Of a stretch of 64,000 bases of DNA, positions 26,426-41,495 are shown one piece after another. How positions within the stretch are numbered: position 1 is the stretch's first letter; every line of letters starts with the position of its first letter. The notes under the pieces are model-generated. The model worked only from the letters and a program-made list of their open reading frames with translations, ran no database searches and had not been told where the DNA came from. The translations under genes were made by a program, and so were the position numbers. This DNA is from the human T2T-CHM13v2.0 reference genome, Homo sapiens. The DNA lies in the NCBI RefSeq assembly GCF_009914755.1, contig NC_060926.1. The stretch is one strand, 5' to 3'.

Positions 26426-26884
26426 TAGAACCCAGCCTGTGAGTGGGTACGATAGTGTTTCTGTGGTACTTAAGCATCTGAAAGAAACATGAACTACATT
26501 GATCAACCAAATGTTTTGTCTACACAATACCAAGCATTAAGATATTTCACTTATATGTGGATTCTTGGTGTCATATAGATGAAACGCTTCAGAAGATAAT
26601 TGAGATTTTTCCTTTTTGTTAAAATATTTATCATATATAGAAACAGTTGAAGTCTTCAAAGTTCAGAGGGAAGAAACAGAAGGACATAGAAGCAAATAAA
26701 AACAAGGATGGGGACACTGCTAGCTTTTATGGTGACACTGTCCTCTGGGTGCACAAGCAGAGGACACATTCGTATGAAGAAGAAAGCACCACTTCCTGAT
26801 TACAGCAACTTCATGCCAAAGGCATGTGACTTGGCCATTGGAACATGGACTAAATTTTATCCTCCATTCTTTCCTCAGCTTGGA

Positions 26885-26930
26885 GCCTTTGTGCAGTGCA
26901 CTAACCATACAACTGTACATACTGGCCCTG
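26885..26930. mobile_element. MER91-like hAT terminal fragment
   Basis: TTGTGCAGTGCACTAACCATACAACTGTACATACTGGCCCTG resembles the recalled MER91 terminus. Confidence 0.5.
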
Positions 26931-27053
26931 AAAAGCCACTGAAAGGAATAGGAGAAATGTTCAATAATAAGGTAGAAGTAGATATGAAGAAGAGAGATAG
27001 AGGCTTGTCTTTGCTCACAGGCCTCCTCAGTGAATGTTCACAATCCAGAGGGC

Positions 27054-27055
<2 letters not shown>

Positions 27056-27098
<43 letters not shown>
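27056..27098. repeat. Pure (TG)n microsatellite, ~21 units
   Basis: Direct reading. Confidence 0.97.
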
Positions 27099-27101
<3 letters not shown>

Positions 27102-29476
27102 CGAGCCACTTGTTTGTTGGTTGGCTTATTTTTGAGGTGAGAAAATACTATAAATTCTGGCCATATATTTACTGCCTTCTCTATTCGGTGCTGTGCCTGT
27201 CAAGTTTTCACTTCCTCTGAATTTTAACTCCCTGTCTCCCTCCCTATGCTATTCTCCCCTCCTGCAACACAAATGCCTTTTTAAATTTTTGCTAGTTTAA
27301 TTAGTACATGCATTCATTTTGATTGATGAATTGATGTGGCTTATTTGTATGAAGACTCTCTTCCACTACCAGCGCTGTAATAGAAACGGCTTGCGTGGGG
27401 CGACACCTGCTCTGATGCTGCAGACATTCTGTTTGATGCGGAGAGGCCAGCCATTCGGCTGTGATTTTGTAGTCTCTGGGGAGATATTTTTTCATCACTG
27501 TTGGTGGAGTGGGAGGAGGCTGGTGGCGAATAAAGAGAGAGAGTGGTGTGAAACTGATGGCTGAGGAACAACATAGCTAAGGATTTAATGTTTATATCTT
27601 ACTGGACTGATTTTGAAATAGTCATTGTTCACACCCTGGGCCCAGGAGGGAAGGAGACCTTGACATTCTGCCATCAGTAGTAAGGTATTGTGAATTAGTG
27701 CAGCCAGTTGAAACTTTCCAACACCTCTTGCCAAAGAATTAAGCTGAAATTAGTGCACAGTTGGTAACAATTTGATTTCTAGTTTCACTTTAATCAGTGA
27801 GGATTAATGGGTAAAATTTTTACTTCTAATCTCACTTTATCCTGACTAACAAAAGCTGTCACTTCCTTGAAAACTGCTAAATGAAGAGGGATTTATACGA
27901 TCTTTCAGAGAATAAAAGCTAAAGTGCTAAGGCCCACTTTTCAGACCATAAAATTTTCAAATTGCCCTCATACCCTCTACATAATGCTTAGAGAGCTGAC
28001 TGCTGCCTGATTCAGTAAGGTTTATTGCTGGAAAATGGTGGTGGAAAAACTTAAGAGCATTCCTAATGGCTTCAAAACTCCAGAAGAAATGCAACAATCT
28101 TCCTGGGGAAAATTAATTTTACAGAAGAAAAGAGGAAGTAGGATTCGAATTGCGAATACAGCATTGCCCATCTAGTACATATTTTAACTCCTTTTTCTTG
28201 TTTCCGTTGGCCACCTTAGCTAGCCCTTTGTATGACCCTTCCCTGACAATCAGTCCACAGCAACATTGTGAAACTGGTGGTCTGTCCCCACTCTACCAAG
28301 GTTTTCCCTGAATATCTTATGATCCATTTTTTATTAACTCTCACTCCCAAGAGGCCCTCACTCAAGATCTTTTTCCTTGGGGACAACCTCCTACTCCAGA
28401 CTTTACTCTGTTTTCTTGTTCCACTTCCCACCAAAACCAATGTTGTTAGGAACCTTTATGCACTCATTTCTCACCTCCCTAATTTTAGTATCTTCAGGGT
28501 AGGAACACAGCACCTTGAGCTTGGAAGTCAAGGCTTGAGTAGGTATGATTGATGGAGATGTTGGGGAAGGCATTATTTGAACATCATGAGTTGTGAGACC
28601 GGGTGATCTTTCAAGTTCCTTCCATTTTCCAATTCTGTGAGTCCACAGCATCACCAGAAGGGAAACATGGCCTCCTCAACCCTTTCTCTAGTTTGATCAG
28701 AACCAAATATGAACCTTTACTCCAAGGCTTAATTATCTTCAGATAAATTTAATTCCCTAGCTACTGGGTTGCTCCCAAGATTATGCCGCAGAATGGACAC
28801 CTCTTTTCATAATCAACTGGGAAATAGGAATGAATTCTCTAGTGCTCGGATGCAAGAACCATCAACCCTCACAATTCTTTGTTTTTCCCAGTCATATTCA
28901 TTCTAAGTTTCCACTTAACAAAGCAGGTTCACTATCAGTTATTTAAGGGGTTCCTTCCCCCTCCAATGAATTATGTAAGAACCCTGGAATTTAGGTGGTG
29001 CCAAGAAAATTCGGAACACTGTGTTTCTAGCTCGTGGTGGCTTTAATCTTTGTAATAAGACTTCTGCTAAATGAAGTGCTGTTCAGCATTGGCACAGAGG
29101 GCTGTTTGGGTGAACCCATAGGGCACCCTGCCAGCCCTCAGAGTCATGATTCTTACCCTCATTTACCACACAGGCTGTCATTTGAGGAACTTGTCACAAC
29201 CCTTTGTTTCCTATCTTGTTTTGGGAGGATACTTCTGTTCCCTTGGATTGGACCATGTCCAGTTCTCACCCTTAAGGCCTTTCCTTGTCTTAGTCAATTT
29301 AACTCCTCTGCTCTGTAATCCTTGGATTACAAAACAAGTTGTTTCTCCTTTCCAGGGACAAGAGGAGCTTCCCTATTGTTCTTAATTCTTAGGGCAGAGA
29401 AAAAGGCACAATCATATTAACTTGTAGCAGACGAGAAGGAATTGGGTAGATTAGTGAAATCCTTTATTCCTGCTGA

Positions 29477-29638
29477 TTTTTTTTTCTTTTTAAGACGAGG
29501 TCTTGCTCTTTTATTCAGGCTGGAGTGCAGTGGTGTGAGCACAGCTCACTGCAGCCTCAAACTCCTGGGCTCAAGTGCTGCTCCTGCCTCAGCCTCCTGC
29601 AAAGCTGGAACTACAGGTAGGTGCCACCACACTCCACT
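29477..29638 (-). mobile_element. Alu monomer (FRAM/FAM-like)
   Basis: Single right-arm monomer with T tail; flanks TCCTGCTGA / CCCTACTGA look like a degenerate TSD. Confidence 0.85.
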
Positions 29639-29764
29639 TCCCTACTGAAATCTGTCAGTCATTTAGGGCTATGCCCACATCTACATATGTACCTTAGGTT
29701 TATTTAATAGAGGATTGTAACTGCTATTTGAAAGCTCTGTTAGAATGAACTTGTCTAGTGATAC

Positions 29765-30191
29765 TATGTGTTGGCTGGGATTGCATGTGATTGTAGGTAG
29801 CAGGGGTTTATTTTCCTCATGTTACAAGAAGTCCCAGGGTAAGGAGCTTAGGGCTCGTGCCATTGCTCCGTGTGGTCACCGTAGTTCCCTTTCCATGCAT
29901 GGTATGTCCTTTCATCTGTGTGATTGAAAATTGGCTGCTCCCAGGCAGGAAGAAGGAAGACAAGAGAAACCTTCTCTTTGTGAGGCGCTGTCTTTTTATT
30001 TAGGAACAGGAGTATTCTCCAGGGGCCTTGCTGGTATCTATGACCAGGACAGTGCTGTGTGGTCGCCCCTGGTGATATGGGAAGCTGGATAGGTATGTTG
30101 ATTTTCCAGCCCTTCTAGTGGAAGCAGAGGAAATGGCAGAGGGGAAGCATTGGAGTGGGTACTGAGTTAGCCAATCTAAAGTATCTGTCAA
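29765..30191 (-). mobile_element. Old MaLR LTR (MLT1K-like)
   Basis: GGGTTTATTTTCCTCATGTTACAAGAAGTCC ... TTCCAGCCCTTCTAGTGGAAG...GAGTTAGCCAATCTAAAGTATCTGTCA. Confidence 0.55.
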
Positions 30192-30634
30192 AATGCATGA
30201 GGGGGTCTACATTATTTACAAACAGAAAAGAAAAACTATGAGTTGTGTCTGTGTTGTGTGACTGTGACTAAAGAGACAAATGGTTACCTAAAAATTACAG
30301 TTCACATTATCATTGGATGAAAAGTTAATGTATGGAGATTGACAGCAAGAGCTATGTCAGAGTCAAGGCAGAAAGAGTGTGGAGAGGCTTCCAGGGAAGA
30401 GGGCTATAGCCAGAACCATCCTTTGCAAAGACAGGAGAAAATGAAAACTCAAACCTGCGTTGAGACTTGTATATTGTCCGGAGTCTCACAATGGGGGTGG
30501 GGGTGTGTGTGTTCTGCTTCTGAGGCTGAACTGGGGAGGTGCCTGTGGGAGAAAGAAGGGTATTTCTTGATCACAGTGGCTTTTGACACTGTCTGCACAC
30601 TGTACTAACATGGGAAACTGTTTTTTCTTTTCTT

Positions 30635-30763
30635 TTAATACTGGCTCCTAGGACCCATCCCCAGAGATTCTGATTTAATTGGCCTGGGGTATGGTCTGTG
30701 TATCAGGATATTTCAAAGATCCCCAGTTAAGATTCTAATGCATAGCTAGGGTTGAAGCCACTG
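30635..30763. mobile_element. MER5B-like hAT-Charlie fragment
   Basis: CCCCAGAGATTCTGATTTAATTGGCCTGGGG...GATTCTAATGCATAGCTAGGGTTGAAGCCACTG. Confidence 0.75.
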
Positions 30764-31951
30764 CCTTAGATTATTCTGGAACAATCACAGTAACCCACCT
30801 TCTTTAGAATTATGCTCACTAAATCACACCTTGGCCTGATCTCATCGCAGACACCAGAGGATGAACCTGCCTGTAGGAGCTCCTGGTTGTATCTGCTGTC
30901 GGGATGCTGTTGGGCATCCTCTTTACGAGAAGCTATGGGGAAAATGCTTCCAGTTTCAGTTTCAGGAAGTGTGATTCTCCTGAACTTTTGGTTTGCTTTT
31001 GTCTTGTTGACATGCTGAGTCTTATAAATGATTGTTTCCCCTTTTATTGTGGCTGCTAGGAAGCTTGGGAGCAGCTCTACATTACCATATGGTCTACATT
31101 CCTCTCTCTTAATATCACTTAGAGTTTCTTATCCAAAATGTTTAGTTAGACTCCTTCAATTTTTAAGAATTATTTTTTGTTGTATATCTGTAAGCCATCT
31201 CCAATCCTTGGTAGAAAAGACAGAGGATTAAAATGAATCAAATAAATAAAAGAAATATCCAAAAAAATGCCTAAACTTCTCACCATCACCCAAGCAACAC
31301 CCTTTCATCCTTTTATTTGCAACTTTGCTAAAGTTCTAATTTCTAAAATTTGATTTATTTTTTGCCCTTGAAATTTACTTTAATCTGGGCTCTTCTGTGT
31401 AAAAATGTTTTCAGTGGGAACTTGAATGGTAGTATCTCCAAGAGTAATTTGTTTCTGGGTCTCTCTACCCTCAAGGGATGGCCTTAGTTCTTTATAAGGT
31501 TGCTTTGCTTTGGGAATACAAAGAAATTAAAATTTAGAGAACTAGACATTCAGCTTACTCTAATAGAGTCATTCAGCAGACAGTATAATAGGTGTTGTTA
31601 GAAAATGACTATATTTGTATTTTTGCCTTTTATAGTTTTTTTCTTGGGTTTATTGTTTCAAGAAGCTGTTTTTAATCAAAAGAAGTGGCTGCTGTAGCCA
31701 TTCACTGTGAGACAAAGAACCAGAAAGCCGTCCTCATTTGATTTCATTTCATTTCACAGAGGCAGCACTCAAGCTCTGATTCTCACTGTTGCCCAGCGTC
31801 AGTTGTTTAGCAGACATGATTTAGATTGCTACAACCCGTTTGTAAGTCACTTATTTTGTACATTACTTACTAATGTCTGGCAAAGTGGTTCTAAGTTACC
31901 TATTGTCATAAAAGTTAAGAATTCTGACAGAGATCTTAGGAATCATAATGA

Positions 31952-32337
<386 letters not shown>

Positions 32338-32558
32338 AGCCATTGCTAACCCATGTAGAGTTAGAAGGAGGCCAGATGCCCAGGATTAATTTCTAAGTAC
32401 TTGCTGTGTGTATTTGGGTGACATACTTAACCTTTCTAGATTCCAGCATCCAAGGAAAACAGTTAAAATGACATGAGTATTGTAAGGTTTAACTAAGGAG
32501 GCAGACCATCAGGCTCTCGCTCTCATGATTTAGTATTCTGAATTTAACATGGTAATTA

Positions 32559-33062
<504 letters not shown>

Positions 33063-34489
33063 CTACTAACATTTATATGTGTCTTATTTTGGTATTAGAG
33101 GTGGAAAATTTGGTTTCATTCACCCACCGCCCTTCCCACCTCTCTCTCTCTTTTTTTAATCGGAAGACTCTGCAGAGAAGAATTCACAATAGTAAACTTT
33201 GACCTTCAAGGTATGAGATCATGCTAGGAAAATTGTAGAAGTCTCTAAACTATAGCATTGGCCATGGCCTTTGGGTAAATTAGATTCCTAGCTTTCAGGG
33301 CATGGACTGTCTCTTGCAGAATTCTGCCCACCCCTGTTGGCCTCTCTGCTAAGCAGCAATAATTGTGCTGAGTACTGCTGCTTCCCATTGTCTGAGAGTT
33401 CTGTCAAGAGGAAAAATGATAATTGTTACACTGAAGTTATTAAATTTTTGTGACACTAGCAAAATGTCTTGCAATACAATCAAAACTGAGAAGAGAAAGA
33501 GACCGTTTGTAATCAGAGATCCCACCCAGCTCCAAATAAAATTTTTCGATCACAATGTGATGTCCCAGTAGTAATTTGGTAGCAAAATCTCTGTGAGATT
33601 TTTTCCATTGCTATTTTTCCACTGTGTACCAAGTGAATGTAGGGAGACTTTGGCTCAAGTGAAAAGGCCCGTCTGCTCAGTCTGCATCCTCTTGCCTCCC
33701 CTCACTGTCCAGCCCTGCAGGTGTCTGAGTTTTATATATTAAAGAACCGTTGATACTCAGTTTCCAGTGAGGTTGCCTGGACCACCAAATCTGCAGAGAC
33801 ACTTCTCCCCAACCCCTCGACTCCCTCTTCACCCCCCTTATTTCTGCTTGTTCAGTTATGTCATGGGGTACGTGTAACTTTGCTAGTGACTGAGATGAGC
33901 TGCAGGACCTGGCCAACCCAAGACACATAGAACCAGAAAGGGAATGAAATGGCTGGGCTTTTGGAGATCAAGTAGGGACACTCAGCTTCTCTGGCTTCCT
34001 GAGGAAGCATACTGTGTAAGATGTGAGGTTTGAAGTGTGCTTTGGAAGAAATGAAGCATGTGGGTTTGTTACTAAAGAGAGGAAAATTATACCACACCTG
34101 GAAGTGGTGAGATGATTTTTCTTATGCAGATGTTTGCACAGGGTCCTGCCTAGGAATCTCTGATGGGAAATGAGAATAGCAGCAACCAGTGGACACATCC
34201 TGAAACTCATACTCTCTTTTGATTGAACTTGAACACCTTGGGTATTTTTAGGTGTAAACAAATGTCCTTTTTCCAACCTACAACGACTCTAGCCACCAAT
34301 GTCTCTAGAGCATCTGAATCCATTTCTTGATACCATACTCATACCATACTAGCTATGAACATGTGCTCCAAGCCAGATGGCATAAATGGGAATCCTGGAA
34401 CTGGGAGGTATGGTCAAAATATGTGGTTTGACAGTGAGGGAGGATTAGCTCCCCAAAGAAAAACTGGGGTATCCCAGAAAGGAAGGAGT

Positions 34490-34700
34490 AGCAGTTCTGG
34501 GGTAAGTTAGACCTAGGCTTGAATCCCAGCTCTACTAAATCAGTGCTGTAAACTGGAGCACTTTATATAGCCTCTGTACACTTCAGTCACTAAAATGGGT
34601 AAAAAGTATCTTTTTTGTGTATTCTTGAGAGGACTTAATGAGATTAAATTATAAAAATATATATATAGTATGTGGGACACAGCAGGCTCTCAATAAAAGG
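34490..34700 (+). mobile_element. MIR SINE
   Basis: AGACCTAGGCTTGAATCCCAGCTCTACTAA...GAGGACTTAATGAGAT...CACAGCAGGCTCTCAATAAA. Confidence 0.7.
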
Positions 34701-37700
34701 GCATGTTAAAATATTTGGATCTAGCAGATCTTTTGCTCCCTCATGGTATGAGACATTCTCTAAAGTTCTTTGGATTTGGTTATCCTTTTCAGCATTCCCT
34801 TAGCCACTAAGGTTTCCTAAACATCAGCATAAAGAACCTTTTCCAGTTATAGCTTTGAGTCTGCCTTCTGTATCCCCTGGGAATGAAACTATTTTTTTGG
34901 TATGTGTTTATTGTTGTGGTTATGATTATTATTAATTCGCCATCAAAAGACAGTGTATCCTTAATCAGTTACTTTCTGCATCTCATTGCACACATTTCCA
35001 AATCAAAGCATTGAAATGAGCAACTCAGCTTGTTGGTAAAACATGCTTTTTAGTTTGTGTAACTCCAGCAAAAAAATGCTCCCCATGGCCTGCCTTCCTA
35101 ATAATTCTTGAGGGATGAACTAATGCTCATATAGTTACATCTGGTTCTAGAGTTAACAAATGGGTCACAAGGAAAAGGAGGAGTGAGAAAAGCCAACCAG
35201 TTTCCCCCGCCCTCCCTCTCTGCTTTTTTTTTTTTTTTCCTTCCTCAGTGTGAAGTCATTTGCTTTTCTTTTTAGCCCATACCAAGTCTTCAGAAGTTGA
35301 GCCAGGCAGATGGTGAGGTTATAGCTTGGGCAAGATGTGTTCTAATGTTATCAGCTTTAAAGGAGCACATGGAGCAGAGAGGAAAGATGGTTTGTGGTAT
35401 TTTTGTTTATTAAATTTGATGGTTGCATTATGACATTTATATTTATTAAATGCACAGAATCTCATCCATCACAGTTGACAGTCAGAACATGTCCTGTGTG
35501 GTTGGCATAGCTGTCTCTTCCTGCAAGGAGATCTAACATTTATTCTTATTTGGGAGACTAAGAAGAGGTGAAGAAAAAAGGAGATCCACCCTTCAATGCC
35601 ACCACCCTGGAGACTGTGGGAGCGGGAGATAAGTGTTATTGTGTTTGATTCTGTCATGTTAAGAAGCATTTTCCTTGTTTGGGTTGTGAGTCGGTTTGAT
35701 GGTGCTGTGTATGGAACACTCAGCAGCATGGGAGCAGCAGAGCCAGTGAAACTAGCACAGGAAAAATATCCATAAAGAGGGCTCTCAGCTTTGCCTCATT
35801 AAAATCCTGGCATTGCTATAGTTGAAATAATGTTGCTATGGCTTTGTTTAATTGCTAGAGCACCTCAGCAGCTAGGCGTCCTCATTCCACTCTGTATTTT
35901 ATTACCTGCCAGATGTGAGCCTCTTAGATATTTTATTAGAGCACCAGGTGAGCTGATGAAAGGACAGCACTCTGACTGCCTTCTAAATGACTCCTGGTTC
36001 ACTTGAGCTTTGTTTGTACGTAAGAGGCAACAAGAGCTGGCAAGACTTAGGAACAAGAAGAAGGTACTGCCACTCATGGGTCTCAATAGGTCCTTAGGTG
36101 GAAGAGATGGTGTGCTTGCTTAAGGTTTACAGATCTGTTCCAGAGTATAACTTGAAGATATTTCCACAGTCAATGTGCAGATGAATTAGACACACATGGA
36201 TTCAATCTCTCTGCCATATATACTTCCAAGAATAAAAGGTTCATTTAGGTTTGAGTGAACCCAGTCTATCTGGAAATCAGATAATCCACAATACTGCCCA
36301 TATAGCCTAGAAATCTTTGAATTTTAAATATTTAAGATACCAACCTGAAGAAGAATTAAGTCCTTTTTCTCTCCCTATGCCCCTTGTTATTTTGTTAGGG
36401 CTAATGTTCAGTTCTAACTTCAGTCATTAGTGTCCTGGTTGGCATTTTCTGAGGCAGCAGCCTGTGTGTAGTTGCTATGTCTAAGAAAGATTTCAAGCAG
36501 TACCAAACATTTATGTAGGCCTCACACAAATTTGACTATCATGTATTTTTTCCCCTTAGGTTGACTTAGGACCTAGGAAATAGTTTATAAGGGTACCATG
36601 TACTAATCTCATTCCTTTTTAAATCTAAAAGTAATTGTTCATAACCATTACAAGTCACTGTCTGAGCATCTTTAGGGAACAGCTCTAGTCTACATATTAT
36701 GTGGGCTGTTAAACAGGTAAATGGCAGTTTATCTCTAAAGAGTTTCAACAAAACATACCAAAAGCCAGACCTCTGTGAAGAGGCACAGTTTCCTGCTAGA
36801 TAGCATGTGTGCATCTGATTACATAATGGACTGTAAACATTTCCAGAGGTGGGAGAGAGTGCAGGTCCTGAGTGTTAGAAGACAAAGGTCATGAGTGTAC
36901 CTCACATGGTCCACTTGGCTCCATTCTATCCCACAGCCGTAGCCACCCCTCACTCCACCCTGACTACTTTGCAGTTCACATGAGTGAAGCCAGGGCTCAC
37001 TGATAAGGGAAAATACTAGTAGTCTTCTCTGTCTCCCTTTCTTTCTTGAATAAAAACCATACTGTGAAATACAGTTTTAATTCTTCTTCTAACACATTTA
37101 CTGCTTATTCTTATCTGCTGCTTTAATGGAGTGAATACTTGTGAGAACATAGCATGTGCTAGGGTACACATACATATCTTATACACATACATGCACACAC
37201 ACATATACATACATACATATATATTTTCATTTGATTGTCACAACAGCCCTCTGAGGTCTGGACTTAGTATCAACATTCAACTGCTAAAAAACTTAAAGAT
37301 CAGCACCTGGCATGTAGTTGGTGCTTAATAAAGATCTGGTGAATGAATAAAACTCAGAATAAAGATCCTGCTTTTGCTTCTGTGATCATAAAGCAAGCAC
37401 AAGGCAATGGCAGGATTTCAACCTGGTTCCTGTAGCTGCAAAGCCTGCTCTTTCCTCACCAGTGCATGAGAAGGCCAGCACAGATAGGTCTGTGCCTGCC
37501 TAATTCTCAGATGGGTACACCTCATGAAAGAGAAGCACATCTGAGAAAATTCTCTATCCCTCCACTAACTGTTCTGTTGCAGACAAAGCCATAACTATGG
37601 ATCTTCTAGCTTTTTATTTTTTGATCAGAACCCTGGCTATAGAACAGAGATCAGGAGACTAATGGGCTCGGAACTGGTCATCTCCCTGGAACAATTTTTT

Positions 37701-38449
37701 TGTAGCCAATGCAAAGTGAGAGTTCAGAGGGGGCTGAGGACATGGATGTGGAGCTAAGAATAGTGGACCCAGGAGTACTCCTGAAATCTCTGATTTATAT
37801 TTGTTTCTTGCAGTTGCTAGACCCCTGAAGAACAGATTTCAGAGTTCTGTGGGTTGAGACACACCAATTCCACACTTGGGAGGGAACTGCTATTTTATTG
37901 CCCCAATTAACTGTTTTATTTGTTTATAAATTCTTCCCTTTTCTGTTTTATGATGCAGTTGTGGTGTGTTTAATGGAAGTACAAGATTAAAACTGGCAAG
38001 CTGACTGCATGTTACATTTCCAAAGCTTATAAATGGTTTGAATCCAGAATGTCTGTGGCCCTTTCCAAGAATATTTGGTTTCTCTAAAAAGCAACAATTG
38101 TTGGGAAATGGATGTAAAGTTTTTTGGCTTTTTTGTTTGTTTGTTTTTCAGGAGGAGAAAAGCCATTGGCTTTTACTATAGTGTGTACAGCATTTTGTTT
38201 AATGCTTTTATTCCGTTGGGGAATTTGCCTGTTTGATAAGAGATGAAACAACAGGGACTTAGTAAAATATAAAAACTCATGATGTTAAAAATCAGCAAAT
38301 TGAATGCTACTTTAAAAAGTCACACAAGAAAAGAATCTTTTTCTAAAAAAATACCTCTTGCTAAGTAGAAATTTTTTTCTGTAAGAGTAGTATAAAATTA
38401 AAAATTTTACTTTCCACTAACGTTTCTGTTGTATTCTGTAGTTTACAAA

Positions 38450-38650
38450 GCACACATATATTTAAAATCTGAATCTCACTACAATTCTACTAAGCAGCTT
38501 AGGGACAGTGATTTTCCTTGTTATAAATGATTCACATAAGTCCTGGAAGGATGAAGCCACTTGCCTGGAGTCAGGCAGCTCACCAGTGGCTGAGCCAGGG
38601 TTAGGATAGAATTTTGCAATGACTAGCTCAAGGCTTTCTGTCATACCAAA
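38450..38650 (-). mobile_element. MIR SINE
   Basis: AATCTCACTACAATTCTA...CCACTTGCCTGGAGTCAGGCAGCTCACCAGTGGCTGAGCCAGGGTTAG. Confidence 0.6.
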
Positions 38651-38689
38651 TTATCTAATTATTAAATGGTATCATTATCAGTTGAGTTA

Positions 38690-38990
38690 GGCAATGTGAT
38701 CTGGCCAAGCTGTTCACACTGCTCCTGCTGGATGCTGTTCCCACAGCTATAAACCCATCACTTATCCCTGGGTCAGTATCCTGGTGGAAGCATCAAATGG
38801 CTGAGTATGCTCACATGCTCAAGCCCTGACTACCAGGGGGTGGGACCAGAGAAGCCCTCTCTGCCTGAGCTATCCAGAGGAGCAGGGCACTGTATCCCAA
38901 GAATACTATATACATATGGTGAATGGTTCACCTCAAACAGGACAAAAGGTTGGATGCTAGGTAGAGCAAAATGCAGTGATAGCGTATCTG
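38690..38990 (-). mobile_element. Old MaLR LTR fragment (MLT1J/K-like, tentative)
   Basis: GAAGCATCAAATGGCTGAG...CACATGCTCAAGCCCTGACTACCAGGGG...GGATGCTAGGTAG. Confidence 0.4.
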
Positions 38991-39126
38991 TTTAGTAGGG
39001 CAAGTACGGACCGAATTGAACCTAGTTGACTAAAGTGGGGATAAACTTTCCTTCCTCCCCTCACTCCCTTTCTTTCATTTTCCCCAAAATATCAACCAAA
39101 AGGATTGAGAAAGAAAACTAGAGGAA

Positions 39127-39553
39127 GTAGTTTTCCAATTGTAGTGAATGTAAGACTCACACAGGAGCTTAACATACATGCAGACCCTAAGGCTTGAGCC
39201 CCCAGATTCTGATTTCATAAACGTTTTTAGTACTTGTCAAAAACAGGCAGGATCCCCTAAACTAAAATGGCCTGAATAATATCAAAGTAACACTAAATAA
39301 TTCTTTATTTTAAAATAAGGGAGTAGTAAAATAACTGGCCAAAGACCCTTGATATTATAGAATTTCTATGTTACTACTTTTAAAAAAGAAACACAAAGAC
39401 ACTAAGATAGTATCCTAAAGGCTATGACCCCTGATTTTGGCAAGCTGCTGAAATAATAAGTCTGGAATGAGATTCAGGAATCTGTATTTTTATTAAGCCC
39501 TTATGTGATTCTGATGCAGCTTGTCCAAAGACCTCATTTTGAGAAACTCAACC
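39127..39553. mobile_element. MER5A-like element split by a ~220-bp insert
   Basis: CCCCAGATTCTGATTTC on the left; GTCTGGAATGAGATTCAGGAATCTGTATTTT...TTTGAGAAAC on the right. Confidence 0.6.
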
Positions 39554-40479
39554 TAGGAAGTCAAAGGGTTAACATAGGCAATTCTGTCTACTTGATAACT
39601 GGAGAAATCACAGTCCAGCTCAGCTAGGGTCCCTCCTCTGTGCTCTATTAAATGGGCTTCATCTCACCCCTAAATTGCAGGTTTGGCCTCCATCTGTTGT
39701 TACTGAGCCTCTGCAGGCATCTACACCATCACCTGATTTGGCCCTTGCTTTGGCTTCCAGTGGCTGGCATTAGTGGTCACCAGAGTGCAGGAAAATGGAT
39801 AGAATGTGCTCCAATGACAAAGAGAACTGGACTTAAGCGTGAGGAAGTTTAGCACTTTGAGTTTTCTTTATAAACCCTGCCACCACTTCTCCAAGTGAGA
39901 GATTGGAGGGTTGGTAAGAAAAAGAGGAAAAGGGAGAAAAAAGAGTAAGATAATGAAATTGTATCTTTCTTTACTTTATGGTTTATGTAGCACTCTGTCC
40001 TTCAAAGAGCTTCTAGAAAAAGATAACTGTGAGACTAAACAGTCTGGGGCAAAAAGTCAGTGCGATGGGGGACAGATGAGGGCATATGGGAGAGCATCAG
40101 AGGCAAGGAAGCATGTTGGGGGACGCAAAGCAACGTGCCCGATCAGGGGGTACATCATGGCAGGGTAAATTCATTGAAATGCCTTCCAACTTCCAAGAGG
40201 GGAGAAATAGTCATATTACATAATGGTAGATTGTTAAAAGTCCAGGGAATCCTCTGAATTGATTATGAAACATAAGCCCACAACTGTTTGGTCTGGAATA
40301 ATTTAAAATATTGAACAATTTTTATTATCAGGGAAAATTGGAACCCATAACTACCATATCCTGGTAAGCTATGCTCCCATACTCCACTCCCCACTCACTG
40401 GATTCTCGTTATACCTTCCAGCATTGGTTTCTTTAGAAATTTTTCGAGTTGTTCTAATATAAGGAAGCAAAGAGCCAGG

Positions 40480-40600
40480 GGTCCAGGACCTGTGTCCTGG
40501 ACACAGGACATCTTTGCTTGGCTGCCAACTTGCAGGTGACCTTGGAAAAGTCATTTCATCTCTTTGGCTTTCAGTTTCCTCATCTGTAAAAAAAAGTAGT
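40480..40600 (+). mobile_element. MIR SINE fragment
   Basis: GTGACCTTGGAAAAGTCATTTCATCTCTTTGGCTTTCAGTTTCCTCATCTGTAAAA. Confidence 0.8.
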
Positions 40601-40789
40601 AGTTGAAATAGTAGTCTGTATACCCCTTCTATGTATAACACTCCACATTCCCTTAATATATTCAGGATATTTTTAAAGAACTTGCTAACCTTTCCATGAA
40701 AGACAAAATAAAAGTCCACTATTTAGAGCTAGTGATATTTTTATAAGACCTAGGAGAATTCTCCTAACAGTAAACAAACTAATGGCTTT

Positions 40790-41495
<706 letters not shown>

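Noticed and set aside
26708-27220. 170-aa ORF with a CVCVCV run
   Set aside because: Reads through a MER91-like fragment and a (TG)n microsatellite.
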